Below are positions 1-9,377 of a stretch of DNA of 64,000 bases, one piece after another; within the stretch, counting starts at the first letter, position 1, and every line of letters starts with the position of its first letter. The stretch spans positions 6,670 to 70,669 of the forward strand of contig CAJWTO010000003.1 of assembly GCA_913047675.1 (NCBI GenBank). Reading direction: 5' to 3'. Position numbers and translations under genes: made by a program. The stretch is from an uncultured Pseudomonadota bacterium. GTDB taxonomy: Bacteria; Pseudomonadota; Gammaproteobacteria; Ga0077536. The notes below the pieces were generated by a model that saw only the letters and a list, made by a program, of their open reading frames with translations, searched no databases and was not told the origin of the DNA.

Positions 1-1
1 A

Positions 2-412
2 ACCAAACGGGTCGCTGTTGCAACCGGAACCATTACGATGTACCCCGAAACTCTCTCACTGATTCAATCAGGGGAGTCAAAAAAGGGAGACGTACTCGGA
101 GTTGCCCGAATTGCCGCAATCCAAGCATCTAAAAAAACTTCCGAATTAATTCCGCTATGTCACCCCCTAAGCATAACTCGAGTAACCGCTGACTTCGAGA
201 TTCAAGAGGCCTTAAATGCCGTGACCTGCACTGCCAAGGTGGAGACATGGGGTAAAACTGGCGTTGAAATGGAGGCGTTAACGGCTGTGTCAGTCGGATT
301 GCTAACCATCTATGATATGTGCAAAGCCGTAGACCGCGGGATGACCATTAATAACCTTCGTTTGAAAGAAAAAAGTGGCGGCAAATCTGGAACGTGGGTT
401 GCGAAAGAGTGA
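2..412 (+). CDS. moaC: Cyclic pyranopterin monophosphate synthase MoaC (5' end outside window)
   Basis: The frame is open from the window edge ([13 protein letters not shown]...), so the listed Met at 38 is internal. The sequence ...[28 protein letters not shown]...[30 protein letters not shown] is typical of MoaC. Confidence 0.88.
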   Translation, partial: TKRVAVATGTITMYPETLSLIQSGESKKGDVLGVARIAAIQASKKTSELIPLCHPLSITRVTADFEIQEALNAVTCTAKVETWGKTGVEMEALTAVSVGLLTIYDMCKAVDRGMTINNLRLKEKSGGKSGTWVAKE

Positions 413-454
413 TTCATTAGGAACTTTTACCTACTTCGCGGTTTCAGAATATCC

Positions 455-841
455 ATGAGTAAAAAACCACGACAATTTCACCTACCAACTTTTGGCTTGA
501 TGATTACGAGCCTGTTATTTAGCGCTTCCTTCTCCGCTGAATCCCTCAATGCCGAATCTGAGCTTCTTCCAAGTGGTCGCGAGCTGGCGCACAGTTACGA
601 TCATGGCAACTGTCTTGCATGTCACAGTGCGCCAACTGACAAAAACGCGATAACGCGTGCAAATATAGCGCCGCCATTCGTTGACATGAAACGCCGGTTC
701 CCCTCCAAAGATGAGCTTTTCAAACAAATTTGGGATGCACGCGCTACCTATCCTGAAACAATCATGCCACCATTTGGGGCCCACAGTATTCTCTCTGAAC
801 CCGAAATACGTAGAATTATAGATTACCTCTATACTCTGTAA
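455..841 (+). CDS. soxX: Sulfur-oxidation cytochrome c subunit SoxX
   Basis: 128 aa with an N-terminal signal peptide and a single c-type heme motif (CLACH). It lies directly upstream of soxY-soxZ-soxA. Confidence 0.8.
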   Translation: MSKKPRQFHLPTFGLMITSLLFSASFSAESLNAESELLPSGRELAHSYDHGNCLACHSAPTDKNAITRANIAPPFVDMKRRFPSKDELFKQIWDARATYPETIMPPFGAHSILSEPEIRRIIDYLYTL

Positions 842-846
842 TATCT

Positions 847-1314
847 ATGAAGCTAACAAAAGAACGTCGAGTATTTCTGCATTCCGCTCTAGGACTCATT
901 AGCGCCTTGCTAATCCCAAGCAAAGCGTTATCCCGTTGGGATAATAATGCTTACAATAAAGTTGATATTAGTGAGTCAATTTTCAGCATTGGAGTTGTCA
1001 ATCCCGGGGACCTCCGAGAAGCAAATGATGCCATCGATCTATCGTTACCGGAAATAGCGGAAAATGGCGCAATTGTTCCTATCACAGTGCGCAGTAGGAT
1101 TTTAAATACAGAAAGAATTTTTGTTTTTGCTGAAAAAAACCCCCAACCTCTAGTGTCAGATTACGTTATCACTGACGGGGTAGAGCCATTTGTTGCATCT
1201 CGTATCAAAATGAGTGAAACAGCTTTTGTCCACGTCATTGTATTGGCTAGGGGAAAATTTTATAGAACAGCACGGCAAGTTAAGGTGACAATAGGTGGGT
1301 GCGGCGAGGAATAA
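847..1314 (+). CDS. soxY: Sulfur carrier protein SoxY
   Basis: Tat-like signal (KERRVFLHS). The C-terminal carrier-cysteine arm reads VKVTIGGCGEE, against the canonical GGCGG end. It is immediately followed by soxZ. Confidence 0.85.
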   Translation: MKLTKERRVFLHSALGLISALLIPSKALSRWDNNAYNKVDISESIFSIGVVNPGDLREANDAIDLSLPEIAENGAIVPITVRSRILNTERIFVFAEKNPQPLVSDYVITDGVEPFVASRIKMSETAFVHVIVLARGKFYRTARQVKVTIGGCGEE

Positions 1315-1334
1315 TTCGAGAAAGAAATATAAGA

Positions 1335-1649
1335 ATGGATAAAACGGTACGCTTCAGAATCAGATTCAAAGACGACATTGCAGATGTCAAGGTCATGATT
1401 TTTCATCCAATGGAAACGGGATATAGAAGAGATAAAAATTCAAAGGAAATTATCCCGAAACATTTCATTCACACGGTAAATATTGCGCATAACGGGAAAT
1501 CAATCATGCAAGTTCACTGGTCTCGATCTGTGTCAAAAAATCCCTATTTAAACTTTCGTGTGCCAAACGCGTCCAAAGGTGACCAACTCACCATCGCGTG
1601 GAGCGATAACATGGAGCAGTCAGGGACCGGGACAGCTATAATTTCCTGA
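1335..1649 (+). CDS. soxZ: Sulfur compound chelating protein SoxZ
   Basis: The track ORF starts at GTG 1299, inside soxY. The ATG at 1335 gives a 104-aa product of typical SoxZ length, and the gene sits between soxY and soxA. Confidence 0.8.
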   Translation: MDKTVRFRIRFKDDIADVKVMIFHPMETGYRRDKNSKEIIPKHFIHTVNIAHNGKSIMQVHWSRSVSKNPYLNFRVPNASKGDQLTIAWSDNMEQSGTGTAIIS

Positions 1650-1663
1650 AATTATTAAACTTT

Positions 1664-2491
1664 ATGCGTCTTCCAATCTATATCTTCGCCATCATGTTTG
1701 CTTCCATAAATATGCAAGCTTTGAGCTCTCCCGAAGAAGACAGAATGATTTTTTTATCAACTTTCGCTGCGAACATACCGGGTATACCAGTACCGCAATA
1801 CACCCATGGCTCAATGATGTTGAGCGAAGACGCTCTAAATCAATACAACAGTATTATGGACTTCCCACCTTTCCAAGGCGTAATTGATAAGGGTCAAAAA
1901 ATCTGGGAAACCCCGTTTAAAAATGGCAGCACCTTCGCAGATTGTTTCGACAATGGTGGGGTAGATATTGCTGGAAAATTTCCCCTCTATAACGAGGAGC
2001 TGAAGCAAGTTATCACGTTTGAGATGGCACTTAATACCTGCCTGGAGCAGAATGGAGAAATGCCGATGGCTTTGATTGATCCTGAGACAATGGGAGCACT
2101 CAGCGCTTATGCTAGGGGCTTGTCTGACGGCATGCTTATGGAAATACAAGTAGCAAGCGAGGCAGCTTTAGAAAAATACGCGCTCGGAAAATCGTTTTAC
2201 TTTAGACGAATAGGTCAATACAACTTAGCGTGCGCATCTTGCCACCTCACCAACGGCGGGCGCTACTTTCGAGATGAACTGCTATCTCCAACTATCGGGC
2301 AAGCCGTTCATTTCCCTGTGTTCAGAGGTGGGGAACGCCTTTACACATTGCAAATGAGATACCAGCGTTGTATGGAAGCAGTGGGTGCGGTTCCATTTGA
2401 GTCCGGCAGCGAAGCACTCAATAACTTAGAGTACTTTCATTCGTATCTAAATAACGGGTTGCCTCTTAAATCCGCCGTTTACAGACGATAG
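1664..2491 (+). CDS. soxA: Sulfur-oxidation cytochrome c subunit SoxA (single-heme type)
   Basis: 275 aa with a signal peptide and one CxxCH motif (CASCH). It is the last gene of the soxXYZA order. Confidence 0.8.
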   Translation: MRLPIYIFAIMFASINMQALSSPEEDRMIFLSTFAANIPGIPVPQYTHGSMMLSEDALNQYNSIMDFPPFQGVIDKGQKIWETPFKNGSTFADCFDNGGVDIAGKFPLYNEELKQVITFEMALNTCLEQNGEMPMALIDPETMGALSAYARGLSDGMLMEIQVASEAALEKYALGKSFYFRRIGQYNLACASCHLTNGGRYFRDELLSPTIGQAVHFPVFRGGERLYTLQMRYQRCMEAVGAVPFESGSEALNNLEYFHSYLNNGLPLKSAVYRR

Positions 2492-2640
2492 AGCTTTAAC
2501 TGAACGCTCAAAACTGTAACGATAGAAATTTCAAAAGCAAACCCAAAACTGCAGTCAACAACAACCTTTCAATAATTGTTAATTTGATTTTCATGAATGT
2601 CACCACTGATTATTAAGAGATTTCGAGAACCGTCTTCACC

Positions 2641-3024
2641 CTAACCCTGCTCCACGAAAGTCATATATTCATCTTCGGTCTTCAGCACCTCAATTTGACG
2701 AGGGTCTAATACCTTGACTTCGAATATCCATGCTTCATGCGGCGCCTTATTAATCAACTCGGGTTGGTCGCTCAATGATTCATTGATTGCAACAACCTCA
2801 CCGTCTACCGGCATGAATAGATCAGATGCGGTCTTTACCGACTCAATCACTCCGCATTGCTCGCCCGCCTTAAATTTATCGCCTATCGTAGGAGTATCAA
2901 TGTAGACAATATCACCCAAGGATTCTTGAGCGTAATCGCTTATTCCAATCGTCGCCACACCCTCACTCTGTGATGAAATCCATTGGTGTGTATCACTAAA
3001 TCTCATATCTTTGTTATTTGCCAT
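2641..3024 (-). CDS. gcvH: Glycine-cleavage H-protein family lipoyl carrier (GcvH-like)
   Basis: 127 aa. MRFSDTHQW... at the N-terminus and the lipoyl-lysine motif ESVKTASD. No gcvT or gcvP is adjacent. Confidence 0.85.
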   Translation of the reverse strand: MANNKDMRFSDTHQWISSQSEGVATIGISDYAQESLGDIVYIDTPTIGDKFKAGEQCGVIESVKTASDLFMPVDGEVVAINESLSDQPELINKAPHEAWIFEVKVLDPRQIEVLKTEDEYMTFVEQG

Positions 3025-3075
3025 TTTTACTCCAAAAAACTGTCGTCCTATGAATAGCAGTAATCTATCTCTTTG

Positions 3076-3909
3076 TTAAGCTTTATTTTCTTGTGGATAG
3101 AATAAGTAACTATCAAATGCGGCCGGAGGAATTCCGTCAACGCGCAGTAATAAGTTTAACTGGTACTCCATCTTGGTCCCTAATTCTAATTGAGCGCCGC
3201 CACCATACTCTATTGGGTAAATCACTCGGCTTGTGATGACTCGCCCCTGACTGTTGGTTAACGTTAATTCGATGGCTGGTAATTCAATTTGCTCAACACC
3301 AACATTTTGAATGGTCGCACGAAACTGATAAATGCGCTTTCCTACATCGGACCTCATCACTAAATCGGCCCCTACTAATCTAAGCTCACTAATGCGCCGA
3401 ATGCCTCCAACTTCACAGCTAATTCTCTCGCATACTTGATAAATCCAATCCGCACTTTTAGGAATATGCGTGGAAATTTGTTTATTAAAATTAACAATCA
3501 TCATTACGACGAAGATCGTACCTAGCACGATATTTATAAACCTCCAAATGGATTTTTTTTCAGGCATAGGAGCAAAGACCGCCTCATACAAATTTGCATT
3601 ATTTGTCACTCGGATAAGTTTATCTTCGCCAACCTGCAGTTTGGGACGTTGAACTGCAACTACTGGGTCAAAATTGTGAGAACGGAAACCATTTAAATCC
3701 TGCCTGTCTTCATCAGATGCTCTTTCGCCTTCAGGGGTATCTTTATTTGCCGTTTGATCTGCATCCAAATCGTCGAAACTATAATGGACATATCCGTCGA
3801 ACGCGTGGCTGCAAGAAGGACATTCAACACGACCTCCGTGTTGAATCAGTTGTGTTGAAGTCGATTCAAATGAATGCTTGCACTGAGGACATACAAGAAA
3901 CAAGTCCAT
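3076..3909 (-). CDS. MJ0042-type zinc-ribbon membrane protein with DUF3426-like C-terminal domain
   Basis: Two CxxC pairs (CPQCKHSF...CPSCSHAF), a central TM helix (IWRFINIVLGTIFVVMMIV) and a beta-rich C-terminal domain. The track ORF extends to 3954. The Met at 3909 (MDLFLVCPQC) is the family-typical start and avoids overlap with prmA. Confidence 0.6.
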   Translation of the reverse strand: MDLFLVCPQCKHSFESTSTQLIQHGGRVECPSCSHAFDGYVHYSFDDLDADQTANKDTPEGERASDEDRQDLNGFRSHNFDPVVAVQRPKLQVGEDKLIRVTNNANLYEAVFAPMPEKKSIWRFINIVLGTIFVVMMIVNFNKQISTHIPKSADWIYQVCERISCEVGGIRRISELRLVGADLVMRSDVGKRIYQFRATIQNVGVEQIELPAIELTLTNSQGRVITSRVIYPIEYGGGAQLELGTKMEYQLNLLLRVDGIPPAAFDSYLFYPQENKA

Positions 3910-3913
3910 ATCT

Positions 3914-4816
3914 TTAAGAGTTGAGTTTGCTACCTTGCAAACAAACCCATTCATCCATCACTTTAAATGTGCTCATTTCAAACCACTGTCCGTAAAGATC
4001 CACCAGATCTGATCCTTGATTCACCAAAATACCTGACAAGACGATTTGTCCACCCGGTTTAACCAACTGGGCCAGCAGCGGCGCCAATACTGCCAAAGGA
4101 GATGGCAAAATGTTTGCTACAACTATGTCGGCTTTTGCATTTAAGTTATCGATCGCAGAAATTACTTCTAACGTCACCTTATTCCTTCTTGCGTTGTACT
4201 GTGCCGATTCCAGCGCATCCTCATCAATATCGACTGCTACGACATCACCCGCTCCAAATTTCTTTGCCGCTATGGCTAAAATTCCGGAGCCACACCCATA
4301 GTCTATAACCGTTTGTTCGGGAACCAAATAACAATCCAGCCATTGCAAGCATAATTGAGTCGTCGGATGGCTACCGGTGCCAAAAGCTAGACCGGGATCG
4401 AGGATTATATTTATTTCTGACTCACCTTTAACTGCTGACCAGCTTGGAGATATTTGCAAACGCTGTGTGATTTGTATTGGCTCAAATTGTTGTTGAGTCA
4501 AGCGCACCCAGTCTTGATCATCGACAAGACGTTCAACGGGCTCTGGCAGTTTCAGAGGATGAACCAAGTCCGTTAAAGCGGAGACGATCTGGCTAGCGCA
4601 TGCGTGTCGATCAAAAAGTCCAATGATCGAATTATATCCCCAAGATAAAAGGATATCTTCACCGGGCTCGAGATAAATCGCTCTTTCTTTTTGAGATCCC
4701 TCGTCAGCATCCGTCACATCCACTGATAAGGCCCCAACAGAAAACAATGCGTCACTTAAAACGTCTACGTCCGCTCCTGGAACCCTAAACTGTAAGGACA
4801 ACCACGCCATAATCAA
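3914..4816 (-). CDS. prmA: Ribosomal protein L11 methyltransferase PrmA
   Basis: 300 aa with the SAM motif DYGCGSGILAIAA. Conserved accBC-prmA synteny. Confidence 0.92.
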   Translation of the reverse strand: MIMAWLSLQFRVPGADVDVLSDALFSVGALSVDVTDADEGSQKERAIYLEPGEDILLSWGYNSIIGLFDRHACASQIVSALTDLVHPLKLPEPVERLVDDQDWVRLTQQQFEPIQITQRLQISPSWSAVKGESEINIILDPGLAFGTGSHPTTQLCLQWLDCYLVPEQTVIDYGCGSGILAIAAKKFGAGDVVAVDIDEDALESAQYNARRNKVTLEVISAIDNLNAKADIVVANILPSPLAVLAPLLAQLVKPGGQIVLSGILVNQGSDLVDLYGQWFEMSTFKVMDEWVCLQGSKLNS

Positions 4817-4841
4817 ATCTCAACAATTTGAATGAAAGAAC

Positions 4842-6185
4842 CTATGTATTTGACAGCTTCTTCTCAAGATAGTGAATACTAACTCCACCCTCTATAAATT
4901 TAGCATCAGTCACCAACTCACGATGTAGAGGAATATTTGTTTCAATTCCTTCCACAACCATCTCAGATAAAGCCACCCGCAATCGCGAAAGTGCCTGCGA
5001 TCGGGTATCGCCATGTGCAATTAATTTCCCAATCAACGAATCATAGTATGGCGGGACAAAATAATTCTGATATGCATGTGAATCTACCCGTATCCCTGGT
5101 CCACCCGGGATATGTAATGTATTAATTCTGCCTGGGGAGGGCGTGAATTTATAAGGATGCTCCGCGTTGATTCTACATTCGACCGCGTGCCCGGCAAACT
5201 GTATATCTTTTTGCCTGAAGGGCAGCGGCTCTCCGAATGCAACTGTAATTTGACTCTTTACGATATCAATACCCGTGATCATCTCAGTCACTGGGTGTTC
5301 AACTTGGACACGCGTATTCATTTCAATGAAATAGAATTTACCGTTCTCGTATAAAAACTCGAACGTACCAGCGCCTCGATATCCAATTTTTCTACAAGCC
5401 TCGGCGCACTTCTCACCAATTTTGGTGCGCTCTCTGGGACGAACATGTGGCGCAGGCGCCTCCTCAATTACCTTTTGGTGACGTCGTTGCAAAGAACAAT
5501 CTCTATCTCCTAGATATACCGCGTGTTTATGCTGATCCGCCAACACTTGAACCTCGATATGGCGCGGATATTCAAGGAATTTCTCCATGTAAACAGTAGG
5601 ATTTCCGAATGCGACTTGAGCTTCTTGTTTGGTCATATTTACAGCATTAACCAGTGCGGCTTCGGTATGAACGACTCGCATACCTCGACCTCCTCCTCCT
5701 CCAGAAGCTTTAATGATTACAGGGTATCCAATATCCCGAGCAATACCAATGACTTCTTTTGGGTCATCTGGAAGTGCGCCTTCACTACCCGGCACAACGG
5801 GGATACCAGCCTTGATCATTGTAATTTTTGCGCTGACTTTATCCCCCATCAACCGAATCGTCTCCGGTTTTGGTCCGATAAATATAAATCCACTTTGCTC
5901 TACTCGCTCAGCAAAGTCGGCATTTTCTGACAAGAATCCATACCCCGGATGAATTGCTTGCGCATCGGTAACTTCGGCAGCACTAATAATTGCAGGTACG
6001 TTCAGATAAGATTCTGAACTGGAGGCTGGACCGATACACACAGATTCATCCGCAAGACGGACGTACTTGGCTTCAGCGTCTGCCTCAGAGTGCACAGCCA
6101 CGGTTTTTATCCCCATCTCCCTGCATGCGCGCTGAATCCTTAAGGCTATTTCACCTCGGTTCGCGATTAAAATCTTTTCAAACAT
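4842..6185 (-). CDS. accC: Acetyl-CoA carboxylase biotin carboxylase subunit AccC
   Basis: 447 aa. [17 protein letters not shown]..., an ATP-grasp [10 protein letters not shown] loop, and a position downstream of accB. Confidence 0.97.
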   Translation of the reverse strand: MFEKILIANRGEIALRIQRACREMGIKTVAVHSEADAEAKYVRLADESVCIGPASSSESYLNVPAIISAAEVTDAQAIHPGYGFLSENADFAERVEQSGFIFIGPKPETIRLMGDKVSAKITMIKAGIPVVPGSEGALPDDPKEVIGIARDIGYPVIIKASGGGGGRGMRVVHTEAALVNAVNMTKQEAQVAFGNPTVYMEKFLEYPRHIEVQVLADQHKHAVYLGDRDCSLQRRHQKVIEEAPAPHVRPRERTKIGEKCAEACRKIGYRGAGTFEFLYENGKFYFIEMNTRVQVEHPVTEMITGIDIVKSQITVAFGEPLPFRQKDIQFAGHAVECRINAEHPYKFTPSPGRINTLHIPGGPGIRVDSHAYQNYFVPPYYDSLIGKLIAHGDTRSQALSRLRVALSEMVVEGIETNIPLHRELVTDAKFIEGGVSIHYLEKKLSNT

Positions 6186-6258
6186 AAATTTCTATATACC
6201 CCTTAGTCGGTACTCTCATGCGCATGTGTCATCACTTTTCACCTCCAATCAAGAGGAA

Positions 6259-6717
6259 CTAAACAATGATAAAAAGAGATTGTCCAAACTCTATTGGCTG
6301 ACCGTTTTCCACGAGAATTTTTTTGATAATCCCTGACTTCTCGGCCTCTATCTCATTAAGCAATTTCATTGCTTCGATAATACACAGCGTCTCCCCCTCA
6401 GTGACTGATTGCCCTACCTCTATGAACGGCGCTGAATCTGGATCAGACGCACGATAAAACGTCCCTACCATAGGCGACTTCATATCGAACCCTTCGTCGA
6501 CCGAACTTGACTCATCATCCGCAGATATCACAGCCACCTCAGCCTGACGCGGCATCTCTACATGAGTTGGTGTCATTAAAGAGGAGGCTACCGATGCAGT
6601 AACAGTTTTACTCCCACTGTTTATTCTGACCTTCTCTTCACCTTCAGTGATTTCTAGCTCCTCTATTCCGGATTCCTTAACAAGGTCTATTAATTTTTTT
6701 AATTTTCGCAAATCCAT
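6259..6717 (-). CDS. accB: Acetyl-CoA carboxylase biotin carboxyl carrier protein AccB
   Basis: 152 aa with the biotinyl-lysine motif [11 protein letters not shown]. Confidence 0.95.
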   Translation of the reverse strand: MDLRKLKKLIDLVKESGIEELEITEGEEKVRINSGSKTVTASVASSLMTPTHVEMPRQAEVAVISADDESSSVDEGFDMKSPMVGTFYRASDPDSAPFIEVGQSVTEGETLCIIEAMKLLNEIEAEKSGIIKKILVENGQPIEFGQSLFIIV

Positions 6718-7190
6718 TACAGACTTCCCTTCAATTTTCCGATGACATAATCAAACGCAACGTCGTAGCCCATAGGTCCAAACCCACAGATCACGGCCTC
6801 AGCTCTGTCGCTAAGGTAAGAGTGATGTCGAAAATGCTCCCGCTTATAAATATTTGTCAAATGGACTTCTATGAAAGGCACATCGACCGCAGAAATAGCA
6901 TCGCGAATTGCTATGCTTGTATGTGTATAAGCGGCTGCGTTAATGATTAAGAATTTTGCACCTACTGATTTAATTTGCTGAATCAGCGTTACCAACTCAC
7001 CCTCGAAATTTGTTTGGCGCGACTCTAATTTAAGATCAGCTGACTGTGCTTTTACCAGCATTCTGTTCTCTATCGAATTGAGCGTGTCGGCTCCGTAAAC
7101 CTCAGGCTCTCTCGTCCCTAAGAGGTTAAGGTTCGGTCCATTCAGTAAGACAATATCGCATGAATCTAGCGGTTTGACATCATTTGGCAT
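6717..7190 (-). CDS. aroQ: 3-dehydroquinate dehydratase type II AroQ
   Basis: [19 protein letters not shown] and [15 protein letters not shown] motifs. The track ORF runs to 7262, but the Met at 7190 gives a family-typical length. The stop overlaps the accB start by 1 nt. Confidence 0.9.
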   Translation of the reverse strand: MPNDVKPLDSCDIVLLNGPNLNLLGTREPEVYGADTLNSIENRMLVKAQSADLKLESRQTNFEGELVTLIQQIKSVGAKFLIINAAAYTHTSIAIRDAISAVDVPFIEVHLTNIYKREHFRHHSYLSDRAEAVICGFGPMGYDVAFDYVIGKLKGSL

Positions 7191-7379
7191 ATCGAGACCT
7201 GTGTAAGTTGTGAATATATATAAAATTAATGGGAGATAACGACATAATCGCAGATTATACACGCATTTTTCGTTATTTTTTGTGTTTCAATTGCTTGTGT
7301 AGAAAACTTAGGTGAGGATCTAAATTTTAGCGCTGAATACAAAGCAAATAAATTACACTTAACGACTATAAGAAGATAT

Positions 7380-7889
7380 TTAGCGTATTTTAGATACAAA
7401 ATCTCGCAACTTAGCTACAGGTACGACACCCGAATGAGTATCAATGAGGTCGCCATTTGGAGATAAAAAGACTGTAAATGGTAATCCCGACCTGTGATTT
7501 CCGAAAACTTCAGAAATCCTTAGGGCATCCCCAGAGCCGATAAGTATTGGATAATTAACCCCGTTCGCACTTATGAAATCGCGAACGCGTGCCGTATCAT
7601 CAACTGCGATGCCAATAAAGGTCATATTAATATCGCTAAATTCCTCGTGAAGATTTATAAAAAGAGGAATCTCCTCCAAACAGGGCGGACACCAAGTTGC
7701 CCAGAAATTCACAATTCGGTAAACCCCATCCCAGTCCGATATCTGTCGCCAATTCCCAGATAAATCTCTAAATTGAGCGGATTGCGCACTTTTGAATGCC
7801 TTTTCGTCTATCTTGGGCTCCATATTTCCAATAAGGATGCCACCGATGATAGACACCAAAATCACTATAACTAATAAAGTATTTCTCAA
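7380..7889 (-). CDS. Membrane-anchored TlpA/ResA-like periplasmic thiol:disulfide oxidoreductase
   Basis: 169 aa with an N-terminal TM anchor and the thioredoxin-fold active site WATWCPPC. Confidence 0.8.
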   Translation of the reverse strand: MRNTLLVIVILVSIIGGILIGNMEPKIDEKAFKSAQSAQFRDLSGNWRQISDWDGVYRIVNFWATWCPPCLEEIPLFINLHEEFSDINMTFIGIAVDDTARVRDFISANGVNYPILIGSGDALRISEVFGNHRSGLPFTVFLSPNGDLIDTHSGVVPVAKLRDFVSKIR

Positions 7890-7916
7890 AATCTAACTCA
7901 TCTTTCCGAATAACAG

Positions 7917-8336
7917 TTAATTTAGCCCCGGAAGGAAACTAAAAGTTAATATAGTTTCATCAGGCAAAAAACAGATACCCTCATCGGAGCAACCTTGCTG
8001 ATTTGCTTTTAACTTTAAACCATCTACCCGTCCCTCCGTCTGGCTTAAGTCCAACTCCAAAGTGATCGCTACTTGCCCTCGATAGACTTCAACGTCACCG
8101 AAAAATTCGTCATTGTGCCTGATAGCACCTGGGAACGTTAACTTAGAGATGGCCGCCTTAGACTCTAATAAGTTAAAACTTAGGCTACGTTTATACAGAT
8201 AACAGCATTTATCAATATCGTAAGTAAGCAATAACTGATTGTTGGCCATCAAATTACCTGTAAGACTATAAAACTTATCCGCGCTAGCCTGAGCAGCACA
8301 GCAAAAAAACAATAGCATGGCAAATCTTATGATCAT
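7917..8336 (-). CDS. Standalone DsbD N-terminal (alpha) domain protein
   Basis: 139 aa with a signal peptide. YLYKRSL, HNDEFFGDVEVYRG and QQGCSDEGICFLPDET match nDsbD (YLYRKQI, HEDEFYGKSEIYRD, YQGCADAGFCYPPET), including both active-site Cys. No TM beta domain follows. Confidence 0.7.
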   Translation of the reverse strand: MIIRFAMLLFFCCAAQASADKFYSLTGNLMANNQLLLTYDIDKCCYLYKRSLSFNLLESKAAISKLTFPGAIRHNDEFFGDVEVYRGQVAITLELDLSQTEGRVDGLKLKANQQGCSDEGICFLPDETILTFSFLPGLN

Positions 8337-8412
8337 AATATCCTGTGACTCTCCTCAGATAGCTTTAACATAATAAATAAGAACCTAAGGACATCTTCCA
8401 GTCGACCGCTCA

Positions 8413-9297
8413 TTAATCGGCACTGGGTAATGATATTTTATACGGCACTCCATCATTAACCGTGGGATATAGTAAACGCGCCCCGAGCTCTCTCTTCATT
8501 CGCTCGTTAGAGATTAAACGTGACTCTTTTACAAAGGACCATGACACATCAGGTAGCACTCGCTTAGCCTCAGATCTCGTAACACGCCGTGGCTGCGATA
8601 AACCAGATCTATCGGCGATCAAATCAAGATAATCACCCAGCTTAATACGAGAGTCATCTGAGCAGTTATAAATCCGACCGTTCTCACCGCGGGTTAGTGC
8701 CAAAAAAATTATTCGTACTAAATCTTCGGCATGAATATGATTGGAATAACTATCTTCGCTAGCCGCAAGAGCCGGTAACCCGTCAATCAACCTGTTCAAG
8801 GGGAGCCGGTCTGGTGCGTAAATTCCCGGCACCCTGAGCACCACTGACCTACATCCTGTTGCTTTGGACCAGGCTCGAACCTTAGCCTCCGCGTCTAGAC
8901 GTCGCCGAGCTCGGTCTGTTTGCGGATTGGCTGCTCTTGTCTCACAAACCAAATCACCTGAACAATCTCCGTAAACCCCGGTGGTACTTATATATATGAG
9001 TCGCTGTGGTATCCTAACACCGGCTGATATAGATCCTAAAAAATTACGAACTCGAGTATCAGATAGTCCATTTGGATTCGGGGGTGCAAGGTAGACCACG
9101 TCACCAGAGAATCCGGTCAATCGTCGCAGCGTTTTGGGCTTATCAAGATCTACGTTTAGCCAGTTGACAGAATGCAGACAAGAAAGGGAGTCATCAATCT
9201 TAGCTCGACGTATACCCGAGAGACTAAATTTGGAACCGTACCGCGCAGCAAACCGCTTTCCGATATCGCCGTACCCCACAATCAAAAGTCTTCGCAT
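8413..9297 (-). CDS. NAD(P)-dependent SDR-family oxidoreductase/epimerase-like protein
   Basis: 294 aa with an N-terminal Rossmann motif (IVGYGDIGKRF) and an extended-SDR-like length. The substrate is not inferable. Confidence 0.6.
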   Translation of the reverse strand: MRRLLIVGYGDIGKRFAARYGSKFSLSGIRRAKIDDSLSCLHSVNWLNVDLDKPKTLRRLTGFSGDVVYLAPPNPNGLSDTRVRNFLGSISAGVRIPQRLIYISTTGVYGDCSGDLVCETRAANPQTDRARRRLDAEAKVRAWSKATGCRSVVLRVPGIYAPDRLPLNRLIDGLPALAASEDSYSNHIHAEDLVRIIFLALTRGENGRIYNCSDDSRIKLGDYLDLIADRSGLSQPRRVTRSEAKRVLPDVSWSFVKESRLISNERMKRELGARLLYPTVNDGVPYKISLPSAD

Positions 9298-9377
9298 AAT
9301 TAAAAGTCGCGCCAGTTAGAACCAAAATATAAAGAAACTAAAAATTCTCAAAATATCAGTTTAAGGTTATCACCATA

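Noticed and set aside
1299-1334. N-terminal extensions of several track ORFs: soxZ from GTG 1299, aroQ to 7262, hemC to 17279, methyltransferase to 31144, wbuX-like to 43791, zinc-ribbon ORF to 3954.
   Set aside because: The extensions overlap upstream genes or add non-conserved residues ahead of family-typical N-termini. Internal Met codons give products of normal length, so the shorter coordinates were reported.
2508-2594. A 28-aa hydrophobic mini-ORF (MKIKLTIIERLLLTAVLGLLLKFLSLQF) on the minus strand, between soxA and gcvH.
   Set aside because: It has no convincing Shine-Dalgarno and no conservation evidence is available. Its size is well within chance expectation for an AT-rich intergenic region.
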